Origin: Candidatus Latescibacterota bacterium
GTDB lineage: Bacteria; Latescibacterota; UBA2968
NCBI GenBank assembly: GCA_965198115.1
Contig: OZ240241.1
Coordinates: 6,208,001 to 6,272,000 of the forward strand
Direction: 5' to 3'
Length of the DNA stretch: 64,000 nt
The notes under the pieces are model-generated. The model was not told where the DNA came from. It saw nothing but the letters and a program-made list of their open reading frames with translations, and did not search any database. Each line of letters opens with the position of its first letter. Position 1 is the first letter of the stretch. Below are positions 29,264 to 40,421 of the stretch, piece after piece. The position numbers and the translations under genes are program-made.

Positions 29264-30409
29264 TTATGGTATCGTAAAGCGTTTAGTGACCCATTCACCG
29301 AGTTCTTTCGTCGTTCTCTCCTCGGTTAGCATCATATCGACGTCGAAGAGGCGGTCGATTCTGTTTCCCGCCAGATCCTCCAGCAACACGTTGATCCGCA
29401 GTTCGTAATCTCCTTCCTGCCAGATTTGAGCCGGTGTGAATCGCCATTCCGTTTCACCTGACTCGACAGCCATCGTGCCATCGACGAAGTCGTTCTTTCT
29501 GTAGACATCGATCATCGACTGGAGAAGCGTGTGATCCAACGGTTCGTTCAATGCGACGATCAGGCTGTGTCGGGTTCCTGGTTTGGGTACCCTCAATACC
29601 CAGTCTTCGGTTTGAGGTGACTGTCGATCTACAGAAGTTGTTTGGAAGGATTTTTTGAAAGTGGTGGCGAGGGGCTGGCCGTTCGCGTCACGCATCTGAG
29701 CATCAACGATAAGATTGAAGCTGGCATCTGCCTTCAGGGCCATTCCCTGCTCTTCGTGGGGACGAAGCCCGCGCTTGATGCGGCCTGGTTCGAACAGGAG
29801 GGTGAGACGACGCGATTCCGAGTCCCAGAGTGGGGGAACGATTTCCACAAAAGGTGGGGCCATCCGGGTGCCACGAGCGTCCGTGATCTGGATGTGGTCG
29901 TAGACACCGGCCCGTTGCATCGGCCCGGAGAAGTGGACATAAAACTTCAACAGATTTTCGGGTACGTCGCCCGACGGATAGACCGACTCCACGATGGTCC
30001 TCTCGCGCTCGAGTGCGGGGACGAGGAGTGCTGTCTGGATAGGAGAACGGGTTGGGTCGGCGTGGAATCGCGCGATGTAGGTGAGGCCGGGTTCGAGTGG
30101 GAAGGATGGTGTGAAGCGAACTACGCCATCAATGATCTCATATCGGCCCAGCAACTGAGGGCGGTCATCGTTGGGCCAGGTTGATCCCGTGTAGATGGGG
30201 AACAGACCCCGCCAATCATCTTGATTGAGGGCCGTGTAACGAGCCAGCTGCTCTGCGGAGAGATGAACGACCTCGATGGACCCTGCATCTTCAAGTCGAA
30301 TCGTGAAAGACAAACTCCCGCCACCCGGATCTGATTGAGCGAACAGAGAGCCGGATGGCGGGAGTAAGGCGAAGCCGATCGTAATCAGAAAGGAGATCGC
30401 GTTGGACAA
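29264..30409 (-). CDS. Conserved hypothetical exported protein with Ig-like segments
   Basis: Signal peptide; VYPSG..PENLLKFYVHFSGPM, LEDLAGN. Confidence 0.7.
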   Translation of the reverse strand: MSNAISFLITIGFALLPPSGSLFAQSDPGGGSLSFTIRLEDAGSIEVVHLSAEQLARYTALNQDDWRGLFPIYTGSTWPNDDRPQLLGRYEIIDGVVRFTPSFPLEPGLTYIARFHADPTRSPIQTALLVPALERERTIVESVYPSGDVPENLLKFYVHFSGPMQRAGVYDHIQITDARGTRMAPPFVEIVPPLWDSESRRLTLLFEPGRIKRGLRPHEEQGMALKADASFNLIVDAQMRDANGQPLATTFKKSFQTTSVDRQSPQTEDWVLRVPKPGTRHSLIVALNEPLDHTLLQSMIDVYRKNDFVDGTMAVESGETEWRFTPAQIWQEGDYELRINVLLEDLAGNRIDRLFDVDMMLTEERTTKELGEWVTKRFTIP

Positions 30410-30411
30410 CG

Positions 30412-31503
30412 TCAGAGGCGCCGCTTCGGGAGCGACCGTAAATTCAGCGAGCCGTTGCTCATTCGCTGGAGCACGAGGATATTCGCGTCGTTGAGGTTGT
30501 CGACCTGCTGAACGCCGACCTGGGCGATGGCGATGTACTCCACACCGGCTGTTTCATAGGATCCTTCGACCTCGGTCGTGATGCCTTCTTCCTGCGCGAC
30601 AATGTCGGCCGGATCGATTCGCATCAACGTCCGATTGCTGTTGGCCAGAAGGACGTAGTCTTTGCCTTCCCTGGTGTAACCGATCATATCGAGCGGCCTG
30701 TTTCTCGATCCGAGCTCGGCGACGGTCGTGCCTTTGACGTGTGCGCCGTCGATGAGCTGATCGACCGGAAACGTGACGAGGGGGGTGCACGTGTAGGATG
30801 CGAGAACGTGCGGCACCTGCGCGAGGTTGTAGGCCATCAGGGTACGAATCGGTGAATGCGTCTCGAACCGTCCGTGGGCGGCGTGGAAGATCTCGACACT
30901 CGTCGTTTTCTCCGCGTCGTCGAAGGGGTAGGCGAGGATGCGCAACGTCGATGAGAATTCTTCGTTGGACAGACCGGCGACATAGAGCTCGCCGTTGGTG
31001 AAGACGAGGTCGGTAATGGCTTCGCGGCGGAGACTTCGACCCCGCCGGTTTTTCTTTTTCTTCGAGACGACGCTCGCCAGCGTTTTGGACGCGTAGTTGA
31101 CATTCTCCAAGGGGACGTGCTCGATTTTGCCGTCGGGTAGGGCCCTCATCAGGATATCCCCACTGCTCCGCGCGACGGTCAGGTAGGCGCAGCCCGACGC
31201 CGGGTTGACGGCCATATCGCTGACACGGACATCGCGCGCGCGTGTTCCGATCATCGCGGCGATTTTCTCGTCGATGTCCTCGACTTCGAGCTCACCGGGA
31301 GCTGCGGGCTCATCGCTGACCTTGATGGCCAGGATCTGGCCGTTCTGCGAGTCACCGATGAACAGGACATTGTCGGGCCCGAACGTGAGGGTGCCCAACG
31401 AACCGTATTCGGGTGTCCCGGTGGTGAAGGTCTGAGCGTGATGAGCGGCATCCGTGGCGGATACGAGGCTGATGGCCAGAATCAGCAGGATGGAACGTTT
31501 CAT
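30412..31503 (-). CDS. Conserved hypothetical secreted protein
   Basis: Signal peptide; GLSNEEF, FHAAHGRFET, YTCTPLV; operon with 29264-30409. Confidence 0.75.
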   Translation of the reverse strand: MKRSILLILAISLVSATDAAHHAQTFTTGTPEYGSLGTLTFGPDNVLFIGDSQNGQILAIKVSDEPAAPGELEVEDIDEKIAAMIGTRARDVRVSDMAVNPASGCAYLTVARSSGDILMRALPDGKIEHVPLENVNYASKTLASVVSKKKKNRRGRSLRREAITDLVFTNGELYVAGLSNEEFSSTLRILAYPFDDAEKTTSVEIFHAAHGRFETHSPIRTLMAYNLAQVPHVLASYTCTPLVTFPVDQLIDGAHVKGTTVAELGSRNRPLDMIGYTREGKDYVLLANSNRTLMRIDPADIVAQEEGITTEVEGSYETAGVEYIAIAQVGVQQVDNLNDANILVLQRMSNGSLNLRSLPKRRL

Positions 31504-31712
31504 ACGACGGTCCTTTCACTTTGAGGTCGTCCGGCTCAGCAGACAAGGTAAGTGAGTGGGTACTAGCCTGCAAGCCCGTCGGTTCGGCCTGGTGAGCCTT
31601 TGAGGGGGAGGCTATCTTGCCCGTCGGGGTGTTCCCTTCGATACGCGACCTTCAGTCGCTACTCAGGACAGGCAGCTGTTCAGTGTTCGGTGTTCAGGAA
31701 GGCTAAGACCGT

Positions 31713-32414
31713 ATGGCGCAGACGGCGGTTGTATCGGGAGTAGGACCCGGGCTGGGAGCGGCGCTCGTGAGGAAGTTCGTGGCGGAGGGGTGTCGGGTGG
31801 GGATGCTGGCACGGTCGATGGAGACGATGCGGGCGCTGGAAGCGGAGCTGGGCGATGCCGTGATGGGTCTGCCTTGCGATATCACGGACGGCGGCCGCGT
31901 TACGAGTTCGTTTACTCAAATTCGCGACCGGTTCGGGCCGATCGACATTCTTGTGAACCACGCGAGCGGAGGCTCCTGGAAGGGTCTGATGGAGATCCGA
32001 CCCGATGAGTTCGAGCGGGCCTGGAAGGTGTCGGTGCTCGGCGCGTTGCTCTGTTCACGGGTCGTGGCGACCGATATGCTGACGGACGAGCGTGGAGGGA
32101 CGATCCTGTTCACCGGAGCTACTTCGTCCATCAGGGGGCGCGAAGGCGCGATCGACTTCAGCAGCGCGAAGTTCGGTGTGCGCGGTTTGGCGGATTCGAT
32201 GGCGAGGGAGCTGTGGCCGCAGGGCGTTCACGTGGCGCACGTGTTGATCGACGGGGTGATCGCGTCGGAGCAGAATCGGGATGCGGACGACGGGGATCCG
32301 CTGCTCGAGCCGAATGAGATTGCGGACGTTTATTGGGATCTGGTCGAGCAGAAACCGTCTGCGTGGACGTTCGAGCTGGAGGTGAGGCCGTTTTCGGAAC
32401 GGTTTAACGAGTAG
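31713..32414 (+). CDS. Short-chain dehydrogenase/reductase
   Basis: GVGPGLG, FTGATSS, FSSAKFG, HVAHVLIDG. Confidence 0.92.
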   Translation: MAQTAVVSGVGPGLGAALVRKFVAEGCRVGMLARSMETMRALEAELGDAVMGLPCDITDGGRVTSSFTQIRDRFGPIDILVNHASGGSWKGLMEIRPDEFERAWKVSVLGALLCSRVVATDMLTDERGGTILFTGATSSIRGREGAIDFSSAKFGVRGLADSMARELWPQGVHVAHVLIDGVIASEQNRDADDGDPLLEPNEIADVYWDLVEQKPSAWTFELEVRPFSERFNE

Positions 32415-32518
32415 AACTGCAACACGAAGGCACAAAGACGCGAAGACTGAATGTCGGTGGGAGCGGCCTCCAGGCCGCGAACCAATCTCAGCCCGTTGTC
32501 TGTGCCAAGGAGGAATGC

Positions 32519-33546
32519 GTGAAGGCAGCGATCTATACGGGTGATGAACAGATCGAGTTGCGTGATGTGGAGTCGATGAAGGTTGAGCCGGGGTATGTGA
32601 TTGTCGATACGCGGAGCTCTGGCATCTGCGGCAGCGACCTACACAGTTACTTCGGGCATTGGGATCGATCGGAGACGCGAGCGCACGGGCACGAGGTGTG
32701 TGGGACGGTTGCCGAGGTGGGGGACGGCGTTGAGGGATTCGCGGTGGGTGACAAGGTGACGATGGAGTGCTTCTCGCACGACGGGACGTGTGCGCTCTGC
32801 GATCAGGGCCATTACAACCATTGCTTGGATCGTGGCGGTTTCAGTGGCGACGGACACGGAGGATTCGCGGAAAGCACGATGATGCACGCATCATCACTGT
32901 TCAAGCTGCCGGATGATTTCTCGTTCGAGCAGGGCGCACTCGTGGAACCGCTGGCTGGCTGTCATCGGGCAGTGATGCAGGCGGGTGTGACGTCGCGAGA
33001 TCGGGTGGTGGTATTGGGCGGTGGCACGATCGGTTTGTTGACGCTGGCGGCGGCGAAAGCGGCGGGTGTGCGGGAGACGCTGATCACGGTGAAATACCCT
33101 CAGCAGGCAGAGGTGGCGAAGGCTTACGGGGCCGATCGCATCGTGGATGTGAACGAGAGAGCGTGATTGACATCGTGAAGGAATGGACGGACGACCTCGG
33201 GGCGGATTGTGTGATCGAGACGGTTGGCGGAGGGGATAATTTCGACGCGGCTGTCTCGTGCGCACGGAAGCGGGGGACGGTCGTGCTCGTCGCCGGCTAC
33301 TACGAGCCGCTCGAGGTCGATCTGCGGAAAATAGTGTGGTCAGAAGTCGTGGTGACGGGGTCCAACTGCTATGGCTACAGCGGCAGAGAGAAAGATTTCG
33401 ACGCGGCCATCGAGATGATTTCGTCAGGTAGCGTCGATCCGACGAAGATCGTGACCCACCGGTACGGGCTGGGGGACATTGTTGAAGCGTTTCAGGTGGC
33501 GGCGGATAAGAAGAGCGGGAGCGTCAAAGTGCACGTTGTACAGTAG
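32519..33546 (+). CDS. Zinc-binding alcohol dehydrogenase, frameshift ~33160
   Basis: GICGSD, GHE, C..C...HYNHC, GGGTIG; C-terminus in the 33163 frame. Confidence 0.88.
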
Positions 33547-33783
33547 AAACACGTTGTGGTGGACGGTAGCCGGTGGACGGTTACGACCTTCGCCTCCCAG
33601 AGCCGAGCGGAGGTTGGGGCGAGCGGACGTGGCATCGATCAGTGGCAAAGTCAGCACCTAACCAACGCAGTGAAACAGAGTGCGGACGGTGGTCCTTGTT
33701 CGATCTAATCGAGCAAGGGCCGTTCGCGTTGGATCGATGCGATGGGCTATTCCGATCAGAGGTCGGAAGTCAGAGGTCAGAAA

Positions 33784-34672
33784 ATGAGCACGGTTGGATT
33801 TATCGGGATCGGTAAGATGGGCAGGCCGATGGGAGAATGTCTGCGGCTGCCGGGTTTCGCCTGTTGGCGCACGATGTGAGAACCGAGGCGGTTGAACCGC
33901 TGCTCGAGAGAGGTGCGGAGGCCTGCGCATCGCCGAGGGAGGTCGCTGAGGCGGCAGACTTTGTTTGCCTCAGCCTGCCGGGACCAGAACAGGCTGAAGA
34001 TGTGGTTTTCGGACCACAGGGTCTGTTGGAGACGATTCGGCCAGGGTGTTCCGTCATCGACTTTACGACCAATTCGGCCGAGACCGTGAGGAAATCGGAA
34101 AGGCGATCGAGTCGAGCGGTGGCCATCTGATCGATGCTCCAGTGACAGGCGGTGTCGAAGGCGCGAAGGATGGGACGTTGACGGTTCTCGTGGGCGGCGA
34201 ACCGTCGGTCGTGTCACGATGTCATCCTGTGTTGGACGCAGTAGGACAGAAGATCGTCCACGTCGGGGCTCTGGGCGCTGGCAGCATCTGCAAGGTCCTC
34301 CACAATTGCGCCGTTTTCTCGTCCAACCTCGCGATGGTGGAGTGTCTGACGACGGGGGTCAAGGCAGGCATCGATCCGAACGTGCTCGTCCGAGTGTTCC
34401 AGGAATCGGGAATCGGTCGTAACGTTGCTCTGCCCGCGCGACTGTTAAGAGGTGTCTTTGAACCCCGTTACACAATGGCGACGGCGCATAAGGATATGAT
34501 GCTGGCTGTCTCGGAGGCGGATCGCTGTGGGGTACCGCTGAGACTCGCCGATCTATGTCGCGAGGATATGGACGAGGCGATGGAGCGAGGCTGGGGCGAT
34601 CAAGACCACACGATTTTCCTCACGCTGCAGGAAGAGCGTGCCGGTGCTCAGGTGAGAATTCAGAGTGAGTAA
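33784..34672 (+). CDS. NAD(P)-dependent oxidoreductase (3-hydroxyisobutyrate dehydrogenase family), two frameshifts
   Basis: VGFIGIGKMGRPM, LIDAPVTGG, KVLHN, KDM. Confidence 0.85.
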
Positions 34673-35534
34673 GCAGGGCATTACGGGAATCGATCATCCA
34701 GTCGTCTGCGTACACGATCTGGAGTCGGCGAGGATCGCTTACGAGCGTTTGGGTTTCACGATTCCAGGCCGTGGGATCCACAGTGACTGGGGGACGGGTA
34801 ACTTGTGTATGATGTTCAAAAACGATTACCTCGAGTTGCGTGGTGCTCTGGATCCGGGGAAGGCAACGCCGCAAGTGAGGGAGGTCCTGGATCGCCCTGA
34901 AGGGCTGATGGGCCTCGCACTCGTGACCCTGGATGCGGAAGTTACGAGGATGTCGTTGGCCGCGTCGGGAGTCCGATCTCTGCCGGTGCGCGAGCTTACG
35001 CGTCATTTCGAATTACCGGGAGAGACCAGAGACCCTCGTTTTGCTCTCTGTTTCCTTGAGGATGAGGAGGCGCCGGGGTTAATGTCCGTCGTGTGCTGCC
35101 AGCATCTGACGCCGGATCTGATTCGCGAGCCCGAGTGGCTGGAACACCCCAATGGTGTGCGAAGCGTGACCGGCGTGACATCCGTCGTTGAAGATATCGA
35201 GCGCTCCGGCAACCGCCTCGCACGGATCTTCGGATCTGAAACTGTGAAGTGGGACGGCTGCCAAATCAGTCTTTCGTTGCCCCGCAATCAGCAAATCGTC
35301 GCGATGCCGGTGTCTCATCTGAGCACGGTTTATCCATCGGAGTTTGTCGATCAGCTTCTGGGGAGTCGGGACAAATATGAAGGACTCGCAGTGCTTTCCC
35401 TGTGTGTGAGGGATGTGGAGTCGACCACGAATCTGCTGATCGATCGGAATGTTCGGTTCCAATCGCATCGGGGAAAGATCTATGTGTCCCCCCTCGAAAG
35501 CCTCGGTGTGTTGATCGAACTGGGTCAACTGTGA
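34665..35534 (+). CDS. VOC/glyoxalase-like protein
   Basis: IDHPV, LGF, GTGN, YLEL, HPNG. Confidence 0.85.
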   Translation: MSKQGITGIDHPVVCVHDLESARIAYERLGFTIPGRGIHSDWGTGNLCMMFKNDYLELRGALDPGKATPQVREVLDRPEGLMGLALVTLDAEVTRMSLAASGVRSLPVRELTRHFELPGETRDPRFALCFLEDEEAPGLMSVVCCQHLTPDLIREPEWLEHPNGVRSVTGVTSVVEDIERSGNRLARIFGSETVKWDGCQISLSLPRNQQIVAMPVSHLSTVYPSEFVDQLLGSRDKYEGLAVLSLCVRDVESTTNLLIDRNVRFQSHRGKIYVSPLESLGVLIELGQL

Positions 35535-35568
35535 AAATGTGCGTGCAAGAAGTCCGGGTTCAGCGCAG

Positions 35569-35620
35569 TGACTTATCGTGTTGAACGGAGATGGCATCGG
35601 GCCGGAGATCGTGCCGGTCG
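35569..35620 (+). pseudogene. N-terminal remnant of an isocitrate/isopropylmalate/tartrate dehydrogenase
   Basis: LIVLNGDGIGPEIVP signature, after which similarity stops. Confidence 0.55.
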
Positions 35621-37074
35621 GCGATCGCTCGAAAAAGTTCCGAGATGGGCCTAAAAAACAGGACGAATCTGACGACGGGGGCAGAACGACCGGGTTCGGC
35701 CTGTGGCCGGTCGACGAATGGAGAAGACAGAGGGCAGAAGTCAGAGGACAGAAAACGACGGCTTCGCCTTATGACGTTGGCGGCTTGCGCTCAATTCTTT
35801 GTGGCGCGCCCTCCCTCGCCGCTGAGCGGCTTTGGAGGACACTCGGTCTGCCTCGGCGGATCATTGGAGGACCATCATGATCAAATCCCTTTTCTCTATT
35901 TCGTATGCGGGATTTTGGGGTCAGCACCGCCTCGAGCTAAAAGATTTCATCGGGAAGGCAAACGATCTTGGGTATGACGCGGTGATGATCGCGGGGAAAC
36001 GGCCACATCTTTCTCCTCTCGATTCGACACCGGAGCGCATTGCGGAAGTCAAAGGATGGCTCGACGCTGCCAAACTTCCGTGCGGTGTTGTGGCGGGCTA
36101 TACCAATTTCGCCGGTTCGGGGCCCGCCGAGGTTCCGGTGCTCGAAATGCAGATTGCCTATGTGGAAGGATTGGCGCGGATTGCCGGTGGTCTCGGAACG
36201 AAAGTCGTGCGGGTCTTTACGGCGTATGAAGAAGGTGGTTTGCCGCCGATGAAGATCTGGGGCAACGTCGTGGCCAGTCTCCAGGAGTGCAGCGACCGCG
36301 CGGCAGAGCACGATGTGACGATCGCCGTCCAGAATCATCACGACATCGGCGTGCATACAGAGGCGCTGCAGGAGCTTTTGAGCGATATCGATCGGCCAAA
36401 CTGCAAACTAGGGTTCGATGCCTGGTCACCCGCGCTCCGTGGAGAAGACCTGCACGCGATCGCCAAACGGATGGCTCCCGACACGGCGATTACGACGAGC
36501 GCGGACTACGTGCGGCTCCCGCGGTTCCACTACTAGTGTCACGTCCCGCGTATAAGCTTCAAAAGTTTATGGACTTTCTCGAGGATTGAATCTGCCGTGG
36601 CGGTCCAGACGAAGGGTGTAGAATTCTCGTTGTAGTGATCAGTGAATTTCTTGATGCAGGCGATCAGGTCCTTGACGCTTCTGAAGGTGCCTCGTCGAAT
36701 GGCTCTTTGGGTGATGATACCGAACCAGATCTCTACCTGGTTCAGCCAGGAGGCATATGTTGGTGTGTAGTGCACGTGATATCGTTTCCGTGAGGCGAGC
36801 CAACGCTTGACGTTCGGGTGCTTGTGCGTGCCGTAATTATCGACGACCAGATGGATGTCGAGATCCTTTGGGACGTTCTTGTCGATGTGCTTGAGGAACT
36901 GAAGGAACTCTTTGTTGCGGTGTCTGGGCTTGCACTGAGTCAGAACTTTGCCGGATGCGATGTTGAGCGCTGCAAAGAGGGTGGTCGTGCCGTTCCGGAT
37001 ATAGCTGTGAGTGACGCCCTCGACGTATCCGAGACCCAAAGGAAGAATCGGTTGTGTCCGTTCGAGTGCTTGAA

Positions 37075-38448
37075 GAGTTCAGGTCAATAGGTGTGTAAAA
37101 GAAATCAGGCGGCCATCTTCCCGGCTTCGACCTGCGGTCCGGTTGAGTGTTTCTGATCGTAGACTTGTTGTAGCAAGTGTGGCGCGGTGAGTTTCCTGAA
37201 TCGGCTCTCTGCGACCTTGAGCGTACGCCAGATGAGAGTCGTGGCGTTCCTGACTTTCTTGAATCGCCTGGCGGCGTTTGTGCGAAGCCGAACGGAAGCA
37301 AAGGGGCTCTCGACGACGTTCGTGGTTCTCAGGTGTTTCCAGTGTTCCTTCGGGAAGTCGTAGAACGTGACCATCCGATCCCAGTCTCTTTCGAGCGTCT
37401 CCACGGCGGCAGGGAACTGTGAGCGATACCGTGCGGCAAAGCGTTTCCGGAGCTTCTCGGCCTCCTTTTTCGTGCCGGCATAGGGGATCTGGACGAGCAG
37501 TGCGCGGGCTTCAGCCTGTGCACGCTTGGCGACCTTGTCGAGCACGTTGAGGATCTTGTGGTTCCAGCACCGTTGTTGCCGGCTCTCTGGCCAGACCTGA
37601 TCAACGGCCGCCCAGATGCCCATATTCCCGTCCGCGGCGATCAGGACAGGATGTTCGAGCCCGCGATCCCGGAGATCCCGTAGCACCGTGAGCCAGGATT
37701 CTGTAGACTCTCGATAACCGGGTTCTATCGCCAGGATCTCCTTGCTGCCGTCGCTCATCGCGCCGATCACGACCAGCAGACACGCCTTCTCGCGCTCGAG
37801 CCCGGCTTTGACGTAGATGCCATCAGCCCAGGCGTAGACCAGTTCGCGATTATCCAGACGCCTTTCTTTCCAGTCCTGGAAGTCGACCTCCCACTTCCCT
37901 CGAAGACGAGCGATCGAGGTCGGCGAAAGCGGCGCGCCATCACCGAGCAGCGCACGCAAAGACAACTCGAAGTCGCCCTGGGAGAGACCGTGGAGATAAA
38001 GGTCGGGAAGCAGATCTCCAATGGCCCTGGTTCTCCGGGCGAACAGGGGGAGGATGCGGCTTTCAAACCGCTCTTCCAGACCACGAACCCGGGGACGCCG
38101 GACCTTGATCGTTCCGCAGCTCGTCGAGAGACGCCGGGGCTTGCCGTAGCCGTTCCTGTAGCCCCTGGAGCTATCGACCTCGGCTCGGCGCTCATACCAC
38201 GACCGGCCCAAGAACGCGGTCGCCTCCTCCTCCAGAATGGACTGGAACCGGCCCTGGATCTCTTCACGGATCCAATCGTCAACCGTCTCCCACGTCGGCA
38301 TGGACTTCAATGGGGCTCTATGCGTATGTTCCTTCACGGCGATCCTCCTTCCCAACCGGGCCTCTCACCCGGTTTTGTGTGAATCAACTATCTCACGGGA
38401 AGGGTAGGGTCGCCCTTTCTCTTTTTCCACACCTTTTGATTATAGCTC
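37075..38448 (-). mobile_element. IS256-family element, copy 2
   Basis: Perfect 9-bp TSD GTGCTTGAA at 37066-37074 and 38449-38457. Confidence 0.96.
37105..38355 (-). CDS. IS256-family transposase
   Basis: Essentially identical to 3152-4402. Confidence 0.95.
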   Translation of the reverse strand: MGRRIAVKEHTHRAPLKSMPTWETVDDWIREEIQGRFQSILEEEATAFLGRSWYERRAEVDSSRGYRNGYGKPRRLSTSCGTIKVRRPRVRGLEERFESRILPLFARRTRAIGDLLPDLYLHGLSQGDFELSLRALLGDGAPLSPTSIARLRGKWEVDFQDWKERRLDNRELVYAWADGIYVKAGLEREKACLLVVIGAMSDGSKEILAIEPGYRESTESWLTVLRDLRDRGLEHPVLIAADGNMGIWAAVDQVWPESRQQRCWNHKILNVLDKVAKRAQAEARALLVQIPYAGTKKEAEKLRKRFAARYRSQFPAAVETLERDWDRMVTFYDFPKEHWKHLRTTNVVESPFASVRLRTNAARRFKKVRNATTLIWRTLKVAESRFRKLTAPHLLQQVYDQKHSTGPQVEAGKMAA

Positions 38449-39087
38449 GTGCTTGAATCTGGCTCTTCTCGTCTACACAGAGCACCATCGCGTTGTCCGG
38501 TGGGTTCAGGTATAGACCGACGATATCCCTGACTTTCTCGACGAAGAAGGGATCGTTCGACAGTTTGAAGTGCTTCTGTCGATGCGGTTGCAGGCCAAAA
38601 GCTTTCCATACACGTTGAACCGAGGACTTGGAGAGCCCCGTCTCGTCGGCCATCGAACGACAGGTCCAGTGGGTGGCACCCTTCGGTTGCTTCTTGAGCG
38701 TCTTGTAGATGAGGGAGGAGATCTCTTCGTCGCTGACCGACCGTGGCCCTCCAGGACGCAATTCGTCATACAGTCCCATCAAGCCTTGCTCGCAGAAGCG
38801 ACGACGCCACTTGCCGACAGACGCTCCGGACAACCCGACTCGTTCCGCGATCTCCTGATTGGTCAGACCGCAATCGCTCATCAAGACGATCTTCGCGCGA
38901 CGCACCAAAGCGTGAGACATGCTACGCGAACGAGACAATGACTCGAGTTGATCGTGGACCTCATCACTGATGTTCAGTGGCTGTAACGGACGACCTCTAG
39001 CCATCGGTTCCTCCCAAGAATGAGTGCTTGAGGAACCATACGACAGAATCGAATATTTTTCTAGTTATTCCTGGGACGTGACACTAG

Positions 39088-39253
39088 TGGCCTGTTACGA
39101 AAGTAGTACTGGACTTTTGCTGCCAGACTGAGAGGCGTCAGTTCGAGCGTAGTCGAGAACACGCCCATTACGAATCGCGAATAGGGACTTCTCGACTCCG
39201 CTCGAAGTGACCCTGCTCTCCCGATTTTAAAGGGCGATTAACGTGACAGCCCA
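39088..39253. mobile_element. 166-bp MITE flanked by CTAG, carrying an inverted pair of REP-like units
   Basis: IRs TGGCCTGTTACG / CGTGACAGCCCA; internal GTCAGTTCGAGCGTAGTCGAGAAC (39137) and CTTCTCGACTCCGCTCGAAGTGAC (39188). Confidence 0.75.
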
Positions 39254-39257
39254 CTAG

Positions 39258-40421
39258 TGTCTCGTCTCAGGAATAACTAGAAAAATTCGTGATACAGTCG
39301 TAAGGTTCCTCAGGCACTCATTGTGAGGAGGAACCGATGGCAAGAGGTCGTCCGTTACAACCACTGAACATCAGTGATGAAGTCCGCGATCAACTCCAGT
39401 CGTTGTCCGGTTCGCGCAGCATGCCTCACGCTCTGGTGCGTCGGGCGAAGATCGTCCTGCTGAGCGATGGTGGTCTGACCAATCAGGAGATCGCCGAACG
39501 AGTCGGGTTGTCCGGAGCGTCCGTTGGCAAATGGCGCCGTCGCTTCTGCGAGCAAGGCTTGATGGGACTGTATGACGAGTTACGTCCTGGTGGTCCGCGG
39601 TCCGTTAGCGACGAAGAGATCTCCTCACTCATCTACAAGACGCTCAAGAAGAAGCCGAAGAGTGCCACCCACTGGACCTGTCGAGCGATGGCCGATGAGA
39701 CGGGCCTCTCAAAGTCCACAGTGCAACGTGTATGGAGAGCCTTTGGACTGCAGCCGCATCGTCAGAAGCACTTCAAGCTGTCGAACGATCCCTTCTTCGT
39801 CGAGACAGTCAGGGATATCGTCGGTTTATACCTGAACCCGCCGGACAACGCAATGGTGCTCTGCATAGACGAGAAGAGCCAGATTCAAGCACTCGAACGG
39901 ACGCAACCGATTCTCCCTTTGGGCCTCGGGTATGTCGAGGGCGTCACTCACAGCTATACACGGCACGGCACGACTACCCTCTTTGCGGCGCTCAACATCG
40001 CATCAGGAAAAGTCCTGACTCAGTGCAAGCCCAGACATCGCAACAGAGAGTTCCTTCAGTTCCTCAAGCACATTGACAAAAACGTCCCGAAGGATCTCGA
40101 CATCCATCTGGTCGCCGATAACTACGGCACTCACAAGCACCAGAACGTCAAACGTTGGCTCACCTCACGTAAAAGATACCACGTGCACTACACACCAACG
40201 TATGCCTCCTGGCTAAACCAGGTAGAGATCTGGTTCGGCATCATCACACAAAGAGCAATCCGACGAGGAACCTTTCGGAACGTCAAGGATCTGATCACCT
40301 GCATCCAGAAGTTCACAGACCAATACAATCAGAACTCAAAGCCTTTCGTGTGGACGGCAACCGCTGACTCGATCCTCGACAAACTCAACAGACTTCTAAA
40401 ACTTATTCGCGGGACACGACA
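39258..40421 (+). mobile_element. IS630-family element type A, copy 2 (1164 bp, diverged isoform)
   Basis: CTAG flanks at 39254 and 40422; ends TGTCTCGTCTC / GGGACACGACA. Confidence 0.93.

Larger units (their letters stand above)
36537..39083 (-). mobile_element. IS630-family element type A, copy 1, disrupted by IS256
   Basis: IR TGTCACGTCCC at both ends, flanked by CTAG; transposase halves 38458-39004 and 36539-37074; 1164 bp after removing IS256 and its TSD. Confidence 0.93.

Noticed and set aside
3122-38448. The two IS256 copies as ends of a 35-kb composite transposon
   Set aside because: Each copy has its own distinct 9-bp TSD, indicating independent insertions
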